From the NCBI GenBank assembly GCA_964567575.1, contig CAZMMZ010000003.1, positions 1 through 64,000 of the forward strand: 64,000 nt of DNA, given 5' to 3'. The DNA is from Candidatus Undinarchaeota archaeon (GTDB taxonomy: Archaea; Undinarchaeota; Undinarchaeia; Undinarchaeales; UBA543). Positions 18,362-28,336 of this stretch are shown here, piece by piece. Both the position numbers and the translations under genes were made by a program. Under the pieces are notes generated by a model that saw nothing but the letters and a program-made list of their open reading frames with translations, made no database searches and was not told the DNA's origin. The number at the start of each line of letters is the position of its first letter. The stretch's first letter is position 1.

Positions 18362-19978
18362 TTAAAATAGTCCTTTCTTTCCTTTTGCTTTTTTAACTAG
18401 TTCTTTAGTTTTTGTTTTTCTAAGTTTTTCTAGTGCTCTCTTTTCTCCACCTGTTAGTTTTCCTTCTTCTGCTAGTTTTTCAAGCTGAGCAATTGCGCCT
18501 TTTGCATCTTCCATTGGTTTTATTTTCTTTAGGTATTTCTTCTTTGTAAGTTGTGGGTGTCCATACATTGGAACTGGATATTTTTTCAAATAATCTTGTA
18601 TTAGATAAATGACTGCGTATCCTGGTCCCATAAAAATAAACACAAGCAAAAGTCCTAGAATCAAACTAAGTCCCCAAGTTGCACTTACGAAAGCATAAAT
18701 TGTTCCCATTGTTATCATTAACAAAACAATCCAAAGATAAATTGGTTTTATTTCTAAACTGTAATTCCACCAAAGAACTGAAAGTCCTAATGTAACACTT
18801 CGCATGAACTTGACATAACGGTCGCGGCCTAACAGTTTCATTAGCGATCGTTCCATGTAATAATAAATAATATCTCTTTTCTTACTTCCATAAAGTTTCC
18901 ACTGATTGAATATATCTCCGAAAACAGCAGTCATTTTAATACCATCATACTCAGTATCTTCCCAAGCATTCTTGACAATCGGTCTGTAGAAGTAGAAGAA
19001 TTTCCACCATGGGTGGTAAATTAATTCACGTCCTGTTATAACAACATCTTCAGGATCAACAGCTTCAATATATGAAACCCATTGGATAGCTGCGAGTTTT
19101 GCTTCGTGCTTTTCCATTGTTGGTCTGTAAACTTCATACTTTACTCCTTTCGGAAGTTTTGGCTTTTGGATTTTTCCACGAGGAGCCATATTACAAGATT
19201 CAATTGCATTTATGATATTGACTTCTTTCCAAACTTGTCTTGCTCCCATTTTATCAACAGCTGCTGATAATGCAGGATCTGTGTCGAACCACGCATCAAT
19301 TTCTCCAGTGAAAGCATTAATTGCAAAGTAACCCTTTTTCATTTGCCCGCTTTTTGAAATATGATAAGAGAATCTCCAATATGGTTCGTATGCTAGCTCT
19401 TTGTTCATAAACCAAATACATTTAAAATTGATGAACATCATTTTTTCAAAGAACCATTTTAATTTCCACTTGACTTTTTCATAATCCCAAAGAACTGGAT
19501 AAGCCGGTGCATTGAACCACCACTTCTCTTTTGTCATTGCTTTTCCAAGAAGTGTCTGAACTTTGTCTGGTGTTAATATGCTAACATTAAGAGGAACCGC
19601 TGCAGTTTCTGCATCTTCTTTTGCTCCATTTGTTGTTAAAAGTAAAACTGAATGTGCATCTGAGTGATCTCGAATTTGCCCTGCCTGTTCACAATCTGCT
19701 ACTGTAACTGGTCCTTGTCCTCGTTTGTAACGAACAATTACACGACCGAATGGGCGTTCAATATCTTTCTTTTCAGCGAGAATATCAGCTTTGTAAACAA
19801 TTCCTTCCTCTTCTTTCTTAGGTAAAACTTCACCTGGTCTTCCTGTTTCTTTTTCAAGAGGTGCAGTTGTTATTTTTCCACCTACAATTCCTACATTTCT
19901 TCGGGTTTCATACCCATACATATTTAGAAGCTCTTCTACGAAATCTAGGAGGGTGTTTATGTCCATACAGTAATACAT
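18362..19978 (-). CDS. Membrane protein with N-terminal Mrr-like restriction-endonuclease-fold domain
   Basis: FVEELLNMYGYE...ADILAEK...VIVRYKR...VLLLTTNG; two TM helices near the C-terminus. Confidence 0.6.
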   Translation of the reverse strand: MYYCMDINTLLDFVEELLNMYGYETRRNVGIVGGKITTAPLEKETGRPGEVLPKKEEEGIVYKADILAEKKDIERPFGRVIVRYKRGQGPVTVADCEQAGQIRDHSDAHSVLLLTTNGAKEDAETAAVPLNVSILTPDKVQTLLGKAMTKEKWWFNAPAYPVLWDYEKVKWKLKWFFEKMMFINFKCIWFMNKELAYEPYWRFSYHISKSGQMKKGYFAINAFTGEIDAWFDTDPALSAAVDKMGARQVWKEVNIINAIESCNMAPRGKIQKPKLPKGVKYEVYRPTMEKHEAKLAAIQWVSYIEAVDPEDVVITGRELIYHPWWKFFYFYRPIVKNAWEDTEYDGIKMTAVFGDIFNQWKLYGSKKRDIIYYYMERSLMKLLGRDRYVKFMRSVTLGLSVLWWNYSLEIKPIYLWIVLLMITMGTIYAFVSATWGLSLILGLLLVFIFMGPGYAVIYLIQDYLKKYPVPMYGHPQLTKKKYLKKIKPMEDAKGAIAQLEKLAEEGKLTGGEKRALEKLRKTKTKELVKKAKGKKGLF

Positions 19979-20005
19979 AAGTACGTAAAATCATATTTAA
20001 AGGTA

Positions 20006-20989
20006 GTGATGAGCCCAAATTATGTGTCAGAAAGCAGTGTAAAAATCCAAATTCCTACTCAGGATACTCGTCCATCTGCTTCTTCTGCATTCTATAATCC
20101 GCGAATGAAATTAAATCGCGACTTGAGCATGGCGGTTGCAAAGGAATTCTTGAAAAACCGTAAGCAAGCGTGCATCTGCGAACCGTTCTCAGCTACTGGA
20201 ATCCGTGCTTTGCGATACGCAAAAGAAACAAAATCAAATGTTTTTGCAGGTGACATACGTAAGTCTTCAGTTGATCTCATTCAAAAAAATGCAAAATTGA
20301 ATCAAATCACAAATATCGAAGTTTTTCATGGAGATGCAAATGAGCTTCTCACAGCACGAAAGTACGATTTAATTGATTTAGATCCATTTGGAACTCCCGC
20401 ACCTTTTATTGACTCAGCTTTGCAAGGTTTGAAAGCAAATGGAATGCTCGCTGCTACAGCAACTGATATGATGGCGCTTTGCGGAGTTGCACCAAAGCAA
20501 GGAACTGCAATGCCAAAATATGACGGAGCAAAAGCAATGAAATGCGAGTTTGTTCACGAAGTTGCAATTCGTCTTTTACTTGGTTTTATTGCGCGCAAAT
20601 CAAAACGAATTATTAAACCGGTTTTGAGTTTAAGTACTGATCATTACATTCGTGTTTTTGTTAAATTCGGAAAAATTGGTAAGAATAAAATTGGTTATGT
20701 TAATTACAATCCAAAAACAGGAAAGCGTTCTGTTTCAAAAATCAAAAAGAAAAACTTCAAACATGCTGGCCCACTTTGGATTGGCAAACTTTGGGATAAA
20801 CCATTTTTGAAAAAATTAGATTTCCAGCACAAGCTCCTTGATTTTATGATTGAAGAAGCAAATGGCAAACCATTATTTTATACCACTAGAGAATTAGTAA
20901 AAGGAATTCAACCTCCAATAAAAGAACTTCTCAAAAAATTCAAAGCAACTCGAACTCACTTTAAACCGCAAGCAATTCGAAAAAAATAA
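20006..20989 (+). CDS. trm1: tRNA (guanine26-N2)-dimethyltransferase
   Basis: FYNPRMKLNRDL, SATGIRALRY, DLIDLDPFGTPAPF and RTHF. Confidence 0.95.
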   Translation: MMSPNYVSESSVKIQIPTQDTRPSASSAFYNPRMKLNRDLSMAVAKEFLKNRKQACICEPFSATGIRALRYAKETKSNVFAGDIRKSSVDLIQKNAKLNQITNIEVFHGDANELLTARKYDLIDLDPFGTPAPFIDSALQGLKANGMLAATATDMMALCGVAPKQGTAMPKYDGAKAMKCEFVHEVAIRLLLGFIARKSKRIIKPVLSLSTDHYIRVFVKFGKIGKNKIGYVNYNPKTGKRSVSKIKKKNFKHAGPLWIGKLWDKPFLKKLDFQHKLLDFMIEEANGKPLFYTTRELVKGIQPPIKELLKKFKATRTHFKPQAIRKK

Positions 20990-21005
20990 AAACGAAGCGC
21001 GGGGT

Positions 21006-21917
21006 TTAAGCCGCTGCTTCTGCCATTTTGTCTTCAATTCCAAGTTCTTCAATAAGTTCTTTGTATCTGTTTCGGATTGTAACCTCAGTTACTCCAGCTA
21101 CTTCTGCAACTTCTCTTTGTGTTCTCTTTTCATTTTCTAAAGTTGAAGCTACGTAAATTGAAGCTGCTGCAACACCAGTTGGTCCACGACCAGAAATCAG
21201 ATCTTTGGTTTGTGCACTCTTTAAAATTGCAATTGCACGCTCTTGTGTGTTTGGGCTGAGTTTTAGCTCAGATGAAAATCTTGAGATGTAATCAATTGGA
21301 GATGTTGGTAGTAATTTAATACCAAGTTCTCGTGTGATAAATCGGTATGTTCTTCCAACTTCTCTTTTCTTTACTCCTGAACCTTCAGCAATTTCATCAA
21401 GTGTTCTTGGAACATTGTGTTTTCTGCAGGCTGCGTAGAGCGCTGCTGCAACAACAGATTCCATTGAACGTCCTCGAACAAGTCCGCGTGTTACTGCTTT
21501 TCTGTAAATCAAAGCAGTTGTTTCGCGTATGTTTTTTGGAAGTCCAATTGCACTTGATATTCTATCAAGTTCAGAAAGAGCGTAGCGAAGGTTTCTTTCT
21601 GTAGCAGTAGAAACCTGTCTGTGCCATCTCTTAAGTCTGTAAAAAGCTGCCCGCTTTGATGGCGGTAGCTTGTATAAATCTGAATATCCTTGATCACCAA
21701 TCGAGGTGCTTAGACCTTTATCGTGACGTGTATATGTTAAGAAAGAACCAGTTCTGTCACGCTTGCTTTTTTGTTCATAATCAAAAGCGCGCCATTCCTG
21801 AGTTGTATCAATTTGTCGTTCTTCTAGAACTAAACCGCATTTCCCGCAGATTTTCTCTGCACGTCTTGCGTCTGTAGTCAAACTTTCTGATCCGCATTCT
21901 GGACATTTATCAGCCAT
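21006..21917 (-). CDS. tfb: Transcription initiation factor IIB
   Basis: CPECG...CGKCG ribbon, [13 protein letters not shown] and [22 protein letters not shown]. Confidence 0.98.
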   Translation of the reverse strand: MADKCPECGSESLTTDARRAEKICGKCGLVLEERQIDTTQEWRAFDYEQKSKRDRTGSFLTYTRHDKGLSTSIGDQGYSDLYKLPPSKRAAFYRLKRWHRQVSTATERNLRYALSELDRISSAIGLPKNIRETTALIYRKAVTRGLVRGRSMESVVAAALYAACRKHNVPRTLDEIAEGSGVKKREVGRTYRFITRELGIKLLPTSPIDYISRFSSELKLSPNTQERAIAILKSAQTKDLISGRGPTGVAAASIYVASTLENEKRTQREVAEVAGVTEVTIRNRYKELIEELGIEDKMAEAAA

Positions 21918-21924
21918 TTTTCAC

Positions 21925-22155
21925 CTATTTAGTATACAATACTTTGCCAATCATTTTCTCAACATCCACACTTTTGGAATGTTTGATTGTGGCATACGGC
22001 TTTTTTATTGGCCCGAAAACATCAGAAATAATGCCAATTTTTTTCTCATCTTCTGTGAAAACTAACATATTTTCCTTTTTAGGAATACTGTTTTCACAGC
22101 GCAGAACCAACATATGGTTCTTCGAATCATGGAGAACTGTACCGATTGCTTGCAT
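21925..22155 (-). CDS. gar1: H/ACA RNP protein Gar1
   Basis: KIGIISDVFGPIKKPYA; conserved adjacency to tfb. Confidence 0.88.
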   Translation of the reverse strand: MQAIGTVLHDSKNHMLVLRCENSIPKKENMLVFTEDEKKIGIISDVFGPIKKPYATIKHSKSVDVEKMIGKVLYTK

Positions 22156-22226
22156 ACCTTTAAATAGGGGTAAAAAATCTTGTATATATACCTTTCGGTA
22201 TTTCTAATTTTTAAATATTTCTCTTT

Positions 22227-22460
22227 TTACATGCCTTTGCTCTTCCAAGCAAGGAAGAACAGAGCCACGAAGCTTACCAAAAGTAGTGACAAGCTTGCAA
22301 TTGAGAACACACTGCTTCCACCATCTTCAGCTACAGTGTTTCCTAGAACAGAAAAACCAGTTAAAGAAAGTCCAGAAACCGCAAACATAGAAACTACAGT
22401 GATTGCAGCTATTGCGATTAATGAGATTTGAAGCACACGTTCAACAGTGACCTTTGTCAT
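22227..22460 (-). CDS. Small two-TM membrane protein
   Basis: 77 aa with two hydrophobic helices. Confidence 0.6.
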   Translation of the reverse strand: MTKVTVERVLQISLIAIAAITVVSMFAVSGLSLTGFSVLGNTVAEDGGSSVFSIASLSLLLVSFVALFFLAWKSKGM

Positions 22461-22483
22461 ACTATTTTCCTGGTTAAATTAGT

Positions 22484-23147
22484 TCATATATGTTTCGGGT
22501 TACTACTTTCTTTTGATTTTTTTATTTTATTCTTTTTCAGTTTTTCACCGCGTGCTAATGCTTCATAACCAGGGAGTTTTCCTTTTATGTCTGCAAGTTT
22601 CTCTCGATATTTTGTAACTCTAATTTCATATGTTGCTGGCAGGGTTTTCTTTTTAAATCGATCTTCTTGCGCTTTTTTAGTTAGTTTTTCTAATACTCTT
22701 TCTTCAATCTTGAGCATTTTTACTTTTTGTTTTGCTCTAAGTCGTCTGGTTATTCTAAATGTAAGTACAGTTCCAACTGAAAGGAAAATAATTAGAACTA
22801 TCAAATGTTTCCAACGTCGTTGTAAAAATGTTTTCCCAGCTTTTTTATTGTATTTAGTATTGTCATTTCTGCTCGTTTCTCTTCTAGCATAATTTCCATT
22901 TCTACAAGTTTTGTTTCAGCTTCTTCATAACGTTCTTTTTTGAATGCAGCTACTGCTAATTCATATTCATTTTGTGTTTCTGTAATGTTTACTCCAGCTT
23001 CATTATACTCTTCAAGTTTTAATTCAAAAGCTCGCAATTCATCTAGTAATTCAAATCCTTTGTTTCTTCTTTCTGGAATTATTTTAGCTAATCTAAAAGC
23101 TTCATATAATCAGAATATCGTTTTCCATTATCGTAGGTTGCTTGCGC
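22484..23147 (-). pseudogene. 5'-truncated, doubly frameshifted C-terminal fragment of a membrane-anchored surface protein
   Basis: The reading AQATYDNGKRYSD / YEAFRLAK...TIKK / AGKTFLQRRWKHLIVLIIF... needs one added base near 23107 and one in the T6 run at 22841-22846. Confidence 0.7.
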
Positions 23148-23563
23148 TTAAAGGAATTCCAACAGGTGCTATTACAATTTTCCCATTAGGTTTTGACAAA
23201 ATCGGGCCTGGTGAAAGCCAAAAATTCAAGATTATTTTCAACGCAAAGGACATTTCCATAGGGGAGTATGCCGGAGTTTATACGGCAGTTTCTGATCAGG
23301 GAGTAATCATGCAGAAAGACACTATTTTTGTTGTTAAAGAGAAACTGTCTGGAGCTACAATGTTTGTTCCAACAATAAAAAGACTAGCTTCATGGATATC
23401 AATCCCTGTCTTTTTACTTTTATTAACTGGGTTTATATTTTTTATCAAGTTCTCACCAAAAAAATCTAAAAAGAATGTTTTGCAGCTGACATCAGTGTCT
23501 AAAATATCTAGAATAAAAAATTGGTTATTCAAACATAAAAAGGAAAATCAGTCAAAAGTTTAA
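23147..23563 (+). pseudogene. 5'-truncated C-terminal fragment of an Ig-like/TM surface protein
   Basis: LKGIPTGAITIFP...GPGESQKFKIIF...TM-basic tail; no plausible start or signal peptide. Confidence 0.6.
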
Positions 23564-23652
23564 AATTCGCAAACCTTTTTATATAATATAATAATAGCTG
23601 TGGATATGGCTCCACCAAAAAAGAAAAAACCGTGTTGCAAATAATTACAATC

Positions 23653-24264
23653 ATGAATTCAAAAAACCTAATCTTAATATTACTACTAATCACAGCAATT
23701 TTCTTTGCTGGTTGTATTGAACAATCAGTAGAAGAAGTGGAGGAACCTGAAGAAGTTCCTGACGAAATTATTGAGGAAGAAGAAATGGGTACTAAAGTAT
23801 TACTAAAAACAACAATGGGCGACATAACAATTGAGCTCGCTGACAACATGCCAATTACTACTGGCAATTTTGAGAAACTTGTTAAGGAAGGTTTCTATAA
23901 TGGTGTAATTTTCCACAGAGTTATTTATCAATTCATGATACAAGGTGGGGATCCAGAAGGAACTGGAACTGGTGGTCCTGGTTACAAAATCGAGGATGAG
24001 TTTGTAGAAGGAAGCACTAACTTGCGCGGAACAATCGCAATGGCAAATTCCGGTCCTAACAGCGGCGGGAGTCAATTCTTCATAAATCTTATTGATAATG
24101 AATATCTTGATTGGGACAAAGAACCATTACAAAGCAAACATCCAGCATTTGGAAAAGTTGTTAACGGTATGAATGTTGTTGTTGATATCGGTGCTATGCC
24201 TGTTGGTCCTGGTGACAAGCCAGAGACTGAAATCAAAATTATTGAGGCTACAATAATAGAATGA
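23653..24264 (+). CDS. Cyclophilin-type peptidyl-prolyl isomerase, lipoprotein
   Basis: FFAGC lipobox, FHRVIYQFMIQGGDP and IAMANSGPNSGGSQFFIN. Confidence 0.93.
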   Translation: MNSKNLILILLLITAIFFAGCIEQSVEEVEEPEEVPDEIIEEEEMGTKVLLKTTMGDITIELADNMPITTGNFEKLVKEGFYNGVIFHRVIYQFMIQGGDPEGTGTGGPGYKIEDEFVEGSTNLRGTIAMANSGPNSGGSQFFINLIDNEYLDWDKEPLQSKHPAFGKVVNGMNVVVDIGAMPVGPGDKPETEIKIIEATIIE

Positions 24265-24782
24265 AAATTAAAACAATTACTTTACTTTTGATACTGCTCT
24301 TAGCAGTTACTGTTGCTGGTTGCATTGAGCAACCTGTTGAAATAGGAGAAGAAGAGTTCTGTAATTCTGACAATGAGTGCATACCACTCCCTTCAGACTG
24401 TCACCCAGAAATCTGCATAAACCATGAGTATGCAGGGAATTATGAAACGCCCGAAGTGTGTACTGAAATCTTCATGTTAAATGCAGCTTACAAACCCGAG
24501 GATTGTATATGTGTTAATAATAGGTGTACTAATAAGAATAAAGTTGATAATGTTGATCCGGATTCTAGCTCATTGACAATGGATGAAGCTCTTGAAATAA
24601 TAAAGAATAGTGATTGTGCCCAGGAAGAACTTGAGGAAACTGTAAGTTACAATATTAATACAAAAACTTGGTGGTTTGATCTTAATTTAGAAAAAGAAGG
24701 TTGCAATCCTGCTTGTGTTGTTAATGAAGAAACAAAAACTGCTGAAATTAATTGGAGATGTACAGGTTTGATTGTGCCTTAG
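24261..24782 (+). CDS. Cys-rich putative lipoprotein
   Basis: VAGC lipobox, CNSDNECIPLPSDCHPEIC and GCNPACVV...WRC. Confidence 0.75.
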   Translation: MKIKTITLLLILLLAVTVAGCIEQPVEIGEEEFCNSDNECIPLPSDCHPEICINHEYAGNYETPEVCTEIFMLNAAYKPEDCICVNNRCTNKNKVDNVDPDSSSLTMDEALEIIKNSDCAQEELEETVSYNINTKTWWFDLNLEKEGCNPACVVNEETKTAEINWRCTGLIVP

Positions 24783-24843
24783 TTATTAGAACTTCAAATC
24801 CAAAACTATATTAAACCAAAGTCGGATTTTTGTTTAACGAAGT

Positions 24844-25194
24844 ATGAAAAATAATAAAGCACATCTGCACATCCCTGGAATTATTCTTAAAGTAATTATT
24901 GTTGGTAGTGCTGCTTGGATAACGTTCCTCCTTGCTATTGGAAAAACAGTTCCAACAAATGCGATTTTTGCATTTGCAATCCTTATGTTTTTTTCACAAT
25001 TTGTTAATATGATGTTTGGGATGAATCCAATTGGAATGATTTCTGGAATGTTCGTTGCGTTGTTCGCGCTAATAATGGTTAAAGCGGTTTACAGTTATCC
25101 TTCTACAGCATTCGGAAAATTTTTCATAAATAATCTTATTTTTATTGCACCAACTTTTGCAGTAATTGATATTATACGAGATATCATAGATTAA
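24844..25194 (+). CDS. Small membrane protein
   Basis: About 4 TM segments. Confidence 0.6.
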   Translation: MKNNKAHLHIPGIILKVIIVGSAAWITFLLAIGKTVPTNAIFAFAILMFFSQFVNMMFGMNPIGMISGMFVALFALIMVKAVYSYPSTAFGKFFINNLIFIAPTFAVIDIIRDIID

Positions 25195-25266
25195 TTTTTA
25201 AAAAGTAAGGGGTGCGCCAAAGATCTTACCCTGTCAGCGCTTAGAAGTTTTCAGTTTATATCAGAT

Positions 25267-25881
25267 TTAGTATCTTTTTGGTTTGTGTTTCTGATAGCAG
25301 TCTCTGCAGTATACTGGTTTGTCGCCGGTTGGTTTGAAAGGCACCTGTGTTGACTGTCCGCAATCGGAGCAGGTTACAGTTGTCATTTCTCTTGGAGCAC
25401 TGTCGTATCCACCTCGGCCTCCGCCTCGGTTTCCACCACCGAATCCGCCACCACGGCCGCCACCGCCACCGCCGAATCCACCTGACCTACGTGGAGGTCT
25501 GTGTTTCTGGTAGCAATCTTTGCAGTATAGGGGTTTAGATTCATCAGGTTTGAAAGGAACTTCACAATCACTTCCGCAGTCTGCGCATTTAGCTTTGTAA
25601 ATTTCGCGTCCACGGTCGTCGGTTTTTCCAGTTTTTTCTACTGTTGAAGTTGATTCTTCTGCCTGTGCTTCTGGAGCTGCTTCTTCTGCTGGCTCTTCTT
25701 CTGCTGACTCTTCAGCTGGTGCATCTTCTGTTGGTGCATCTTCTACTGATTCTTCTGGTGCTTTTTCTGAAGCATCTTCTGTGTTTTCTTCGGAACTTGT
25801 ATCTTCTTTTGTTTCTACTTCTTCCTGTTCTGTGTTTGTTTCTTCCTGAGGTGCTGCCTCAGGTTCATCATCTGCGTACAT
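25267..25881 (-). CDS. Double CxxC-x17-CxxC zinc-ribbon protein with RGG linker and acidic N-terminus
   Basis: CADCG...VPFKP...LYCKDCY and CSDCG...VPFKP...VYCRDCY. Confidence 0.88.
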   Translation of the reverse strand: MYADDEPEAAPQEETNTEQEEVETKEDTSSEENTEDASEKAPEESVEDAPTEDAPAEESAEEEPAEEAAPEAQAEESTSTVEKTGKTDDRGREIYKAKCADCGSDCEVPFKPDESKPLYCKDCYQKHRPPRRSGGFGGGGGGRGGGFGGGNRGGGRGGYDSAPREMTTVTCSDCGQSTQVPFKPTGDKPVYCRDCYQKHKPKRY

Positions 25882-26052
25882 TTTATTTTTACCTATTATT
25901 TTATTTCACAAAAAGAGTTACATATGTAATTCTTTTTTGTGCACGCTTTTTGAGAGTTAATGGGTATTTAAGGGTTGTGTTAGTCGAAAAATTAAAAATA
26001 CAACGATATATTTTCAATGTGTTTAAATACAACTTTATTATTCAAAACGAAC

Positions 26053-27027
26053 ATGCAGTACAACATATCTTTGTTAAGTATTGATCTTGAAACAGTAAAT
26101 TCATTTGCAGCGAAGCTTGGCACAAAAGCAACTGAAAGCAATATTGTTCTATATCATGGCGATCTTGATGACAAAGTTTTGAATATTGCTGCTGCGATTT
26201 CATATCCTGAAAAAATCGAAACTGTTTTCCAATGCGCAGAAATTTCAGAATGTGCAATAGTGGTTCTGCCTGCTGATTACATTCTTGATTATCGTCTTGG
26301 CGAACTTGTAATAATCCTTAATTATCTTAATAAAAAAGTTTGTTTTATTATTGACAAAACTAATTGTGAAAGTGATTTTAAAATCGCTGACATGCGATCA
26401 AAACTAGAAGCACTTCTTGCAAATACAAGTTTGAAAGATTCAAAAATTATTGATGTTTCTTTGAAAAATGATTCTGAAATTAATGAATTAAAAGCATGGA
26501 TAAAATCCATTGAGTTTGAAAAATCTGACAAGCCATTGTTTGTCATGGATCATTTTTTTGATGTTAAAAGTATTGGAACTGTTTTACTTGGTGAACTTAA
26601 AACCGGAACCATGAAAGCATATGACAAGTTTAAGATTTATCCACTTAAGAAAGAAGTTCTTGTAAAATCAATGCAGGTTATGGATGTTGATCAAAAAGAA
26701 GTCCTTGCGCCGATTCGTCCTGGGCTTGCAGTGAAGGGTGTGAAAGTTGATGAGCTCAAACGAGGGTTTGTTCTTTCCGCTGAAGAATTGCCAGTGATTG
26801 AAGAACTTTCAGGAACTTTTGAAAAGAATCCTTTTTACAAAAACGATATCAGTAACGGTGAAAAATATCGTGTTGCTCTTGGTGCGCAGATTGTTGAAGG
26901 TGTTATTGAAGATTTGAATTTCAAAATGAAACTTGAGAAACCATTAGTGAAATATTTGGATACGGCAGTTATTTTCAGATCCGATCTGAAAACTGGTTTG
27001 AGAGTTGTTGGAAAAGTACGCATCTGA
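26053..27027 (+). CDS. SelB-like / EF-Tu-like archaeal protein with degenerate G domain
   Basis: LGTKATESNIVLY, SYPEKI, MDHFFDVKSIGTVLLG and VKSMQVMD; no P-loop GxxxxGKS. Confidence 0.8.
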   Translation: MQYNISLLSIDLETVNSFAAKLGTKATESNIVLYHGDLDDKVLNIAAAISYPEKIETVFQCAEISECAIVVLPADYILDYRLGELVIILNYLNKKVCFIIDKTNCESDFKIADMRSKLEALLANTSLKDSKIIDVSLKNDSEINELKAWIKSIEFEKSDKPLFVMDHFFDVKSIGTVLLGELKTGTMKAYDKFKIYPLKKEVLVKSMQVMDVDQKEVLAPIRPGLAVKGVKVDELKRGFVLSAEELPVIEELSGTFEKNPFYKNDISNGEKYRVALGAQIVEGVIEDLNFKMKLEKPLVKYLDTAVIFRSDLKTGLRVVGKVRI

Positions 27028-27086
27028 AAACATACAAAAAATTTTATATACTACATCAAGCCCTACTTAGTCAGGGGAATTATAAC

Positions 27087-27443
27087 ATGAAAATTAAAGA
27101 TGTATTATCACAACAAAGCGCTACACTTGAAAATGTAGAAGTAACTGAAAAAGCTGATGTCAGAACTTTCCAAAAATTTGGTAAAGAAGGACGAGTTTGC
27201 AATGCTAATATCAAAGACGATAGTGGCGAAATGACACTAACATTATGGAACGATGAAATTGATGCTGTTAATGAAGGCGACAAAATTAGCATCGTTGATG
27301 GTTGGGTTTCTGAGTGGCAAGGCAACAAACAGATTTCTGCTGGACGAAATGGTAAGATTACAAAAGCTGGCGAAGAAGGCGCTGCAGCACCTGCTGAACC
27401 TGCAGAAGAAGTAGCTGTTGAAGACGCACCAAAAAAAGAATAA
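27087..27443 (+). CDS. ssb: Single-OB-fold single-stranded DNA-binding protein
   Basis: GRVCNANIKDDSGEMTLTLWN...IVDGWVSEWQGNKQIS. Confidence 0.88.
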   Translation: MKIKDVLSQQSATLENVEVTEKADVRTFQKFGKEGRVCNANIKDDSGEMTLTLWNDEIDAVNEGDKISIVDGWVSEWQGNKQISAGRNGKITKAGEEGAAAPAEPAEEVAVEDAPKKE

Positions 27444-27485
27444 GTAAATTCTTTTATTTTGTTAATTAGTTAGCTCGGATGCTAA

Positions 27486-28139
27486 TTATTTCAAATCCGC
27501 ATCATTATCATAACCACGGCTTTCCCAAAATCCTTCATAATTTTCATCATCTGTAAATTCAATTTCTGTAATCCATTTTACCCATTTGTATCCGAATTTT
27601 TGTTCTGCTACAACTTGGAATGGGAAACCTCTTTCTTCTGGAAGTGTCATGTTATTCATTTTATACGCTATCATTATATTATTGTCAATCAAATAATCAA
27701 GTGGTAGCGCGCTTGTGTAACCATCGTAGGCATGGAATATTACTGTGTTCGCTGTGCCAAGGGGATTTGCATCTTCCACAAGATCTTCAAAAAGCACACC
27801 TTCCCAAAGAATTGTAGCGCTCCATCCTTCAACACAATTAAGTGTAACAACTTTGCTGTATGTCTGTCTGTCAATTACTTCGTCATACAAATACTCTTGA
27901 GGAGTTTCAACAAGTCCGTGTATTTTTAATTTATAATCTTCAATATCAACACGCTGAATTCCTTTGATTGAGTTTTCTCTGAAATCATTTGCTGATGAAA
28001 GTCGCTCACCTTCATATTCTCTTATTTCAATTTCATCAAGTTCTATTGTACTTTCTTTTCCATTCATTGAAACCCCACTCTCAATACAGCCAGCAAGCAA
28101 TACAATTAAAATTAGTAAAATAATTATTTTGAAGCGCAT
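27486..28139 (-). CDS. Molybdopterin-dependent oxidoreductase (MsrP/sulfite oxidase-like), lipoprotein
   Basis: LLAGC lipobox, CVEGW Mo-ligand Cys, DGYTSALPL and ERGFPFQVV...GYKWVKW...GFWESRGY. Confidence 0.88.
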   Translation of the reverse strand: MRFKIIILLILIVLLAGCIESGVSMNGKESTIELDEIEIREYEGERLSSANDFRENSIKGIQRVDIEDYKLKIHGLVETPQEYLYDEVIDRQTYSKVVTLNCVEGWSATILWEGVLFEDLVEDANPLGTANTVIFHAYDGYTSALPLDYLIDNNIMIAYKMNNMTLPEERGFPFQVVAEQKFGYKWVKWITEIEFTDDENYEGFWESRGYDNDADLK

Positions 28140-28154
28140 TTGAAACCTCTTCGA

Positions 28155-28274
28155 TTAAGAATTAAATGTGTTACTCCAAACTGCAGCAAGTTTTAGAAGT
28201 CCTGTAATTAAAAGCACAGAAAATGAAATCAGAAGAAGGTAATTCATATAACATCTTAATTTTGTTTGGTTCAT
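28155..28274 (-). pseudogene. 40-codon membrane-peptide remnant (DUF4405-like start)
   Basis: MNQTKLRCYMNYLLLISFSVLLITGLLKLAAVWSNTFNS*; not in the ORF track. Confidence 0.35.
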
Positions 28275-28336
28275 AAAGAAACATAACTAAAATCTGTTTT
28301 TAAAGTTTTGGGGCGGCGCGCGCTCATAGCTGAAAA

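Noticed and set aside
22940-23146. 5' part of the 207-aa plus-strand ORF
   Set aside because: It is the antisense shadow of the minus-strand pseudogene.
25201-25260. GC-rich stretch with possible stems between convergent genes
   Set aside because: No recognisable ncRNA boxes; most likely a terminator region.
26053-27027. True SelB / selenocysteine system
   Set aside because: No P-loop, and no tRNA-Sec, SelD or selenoprotein candidates in the window.
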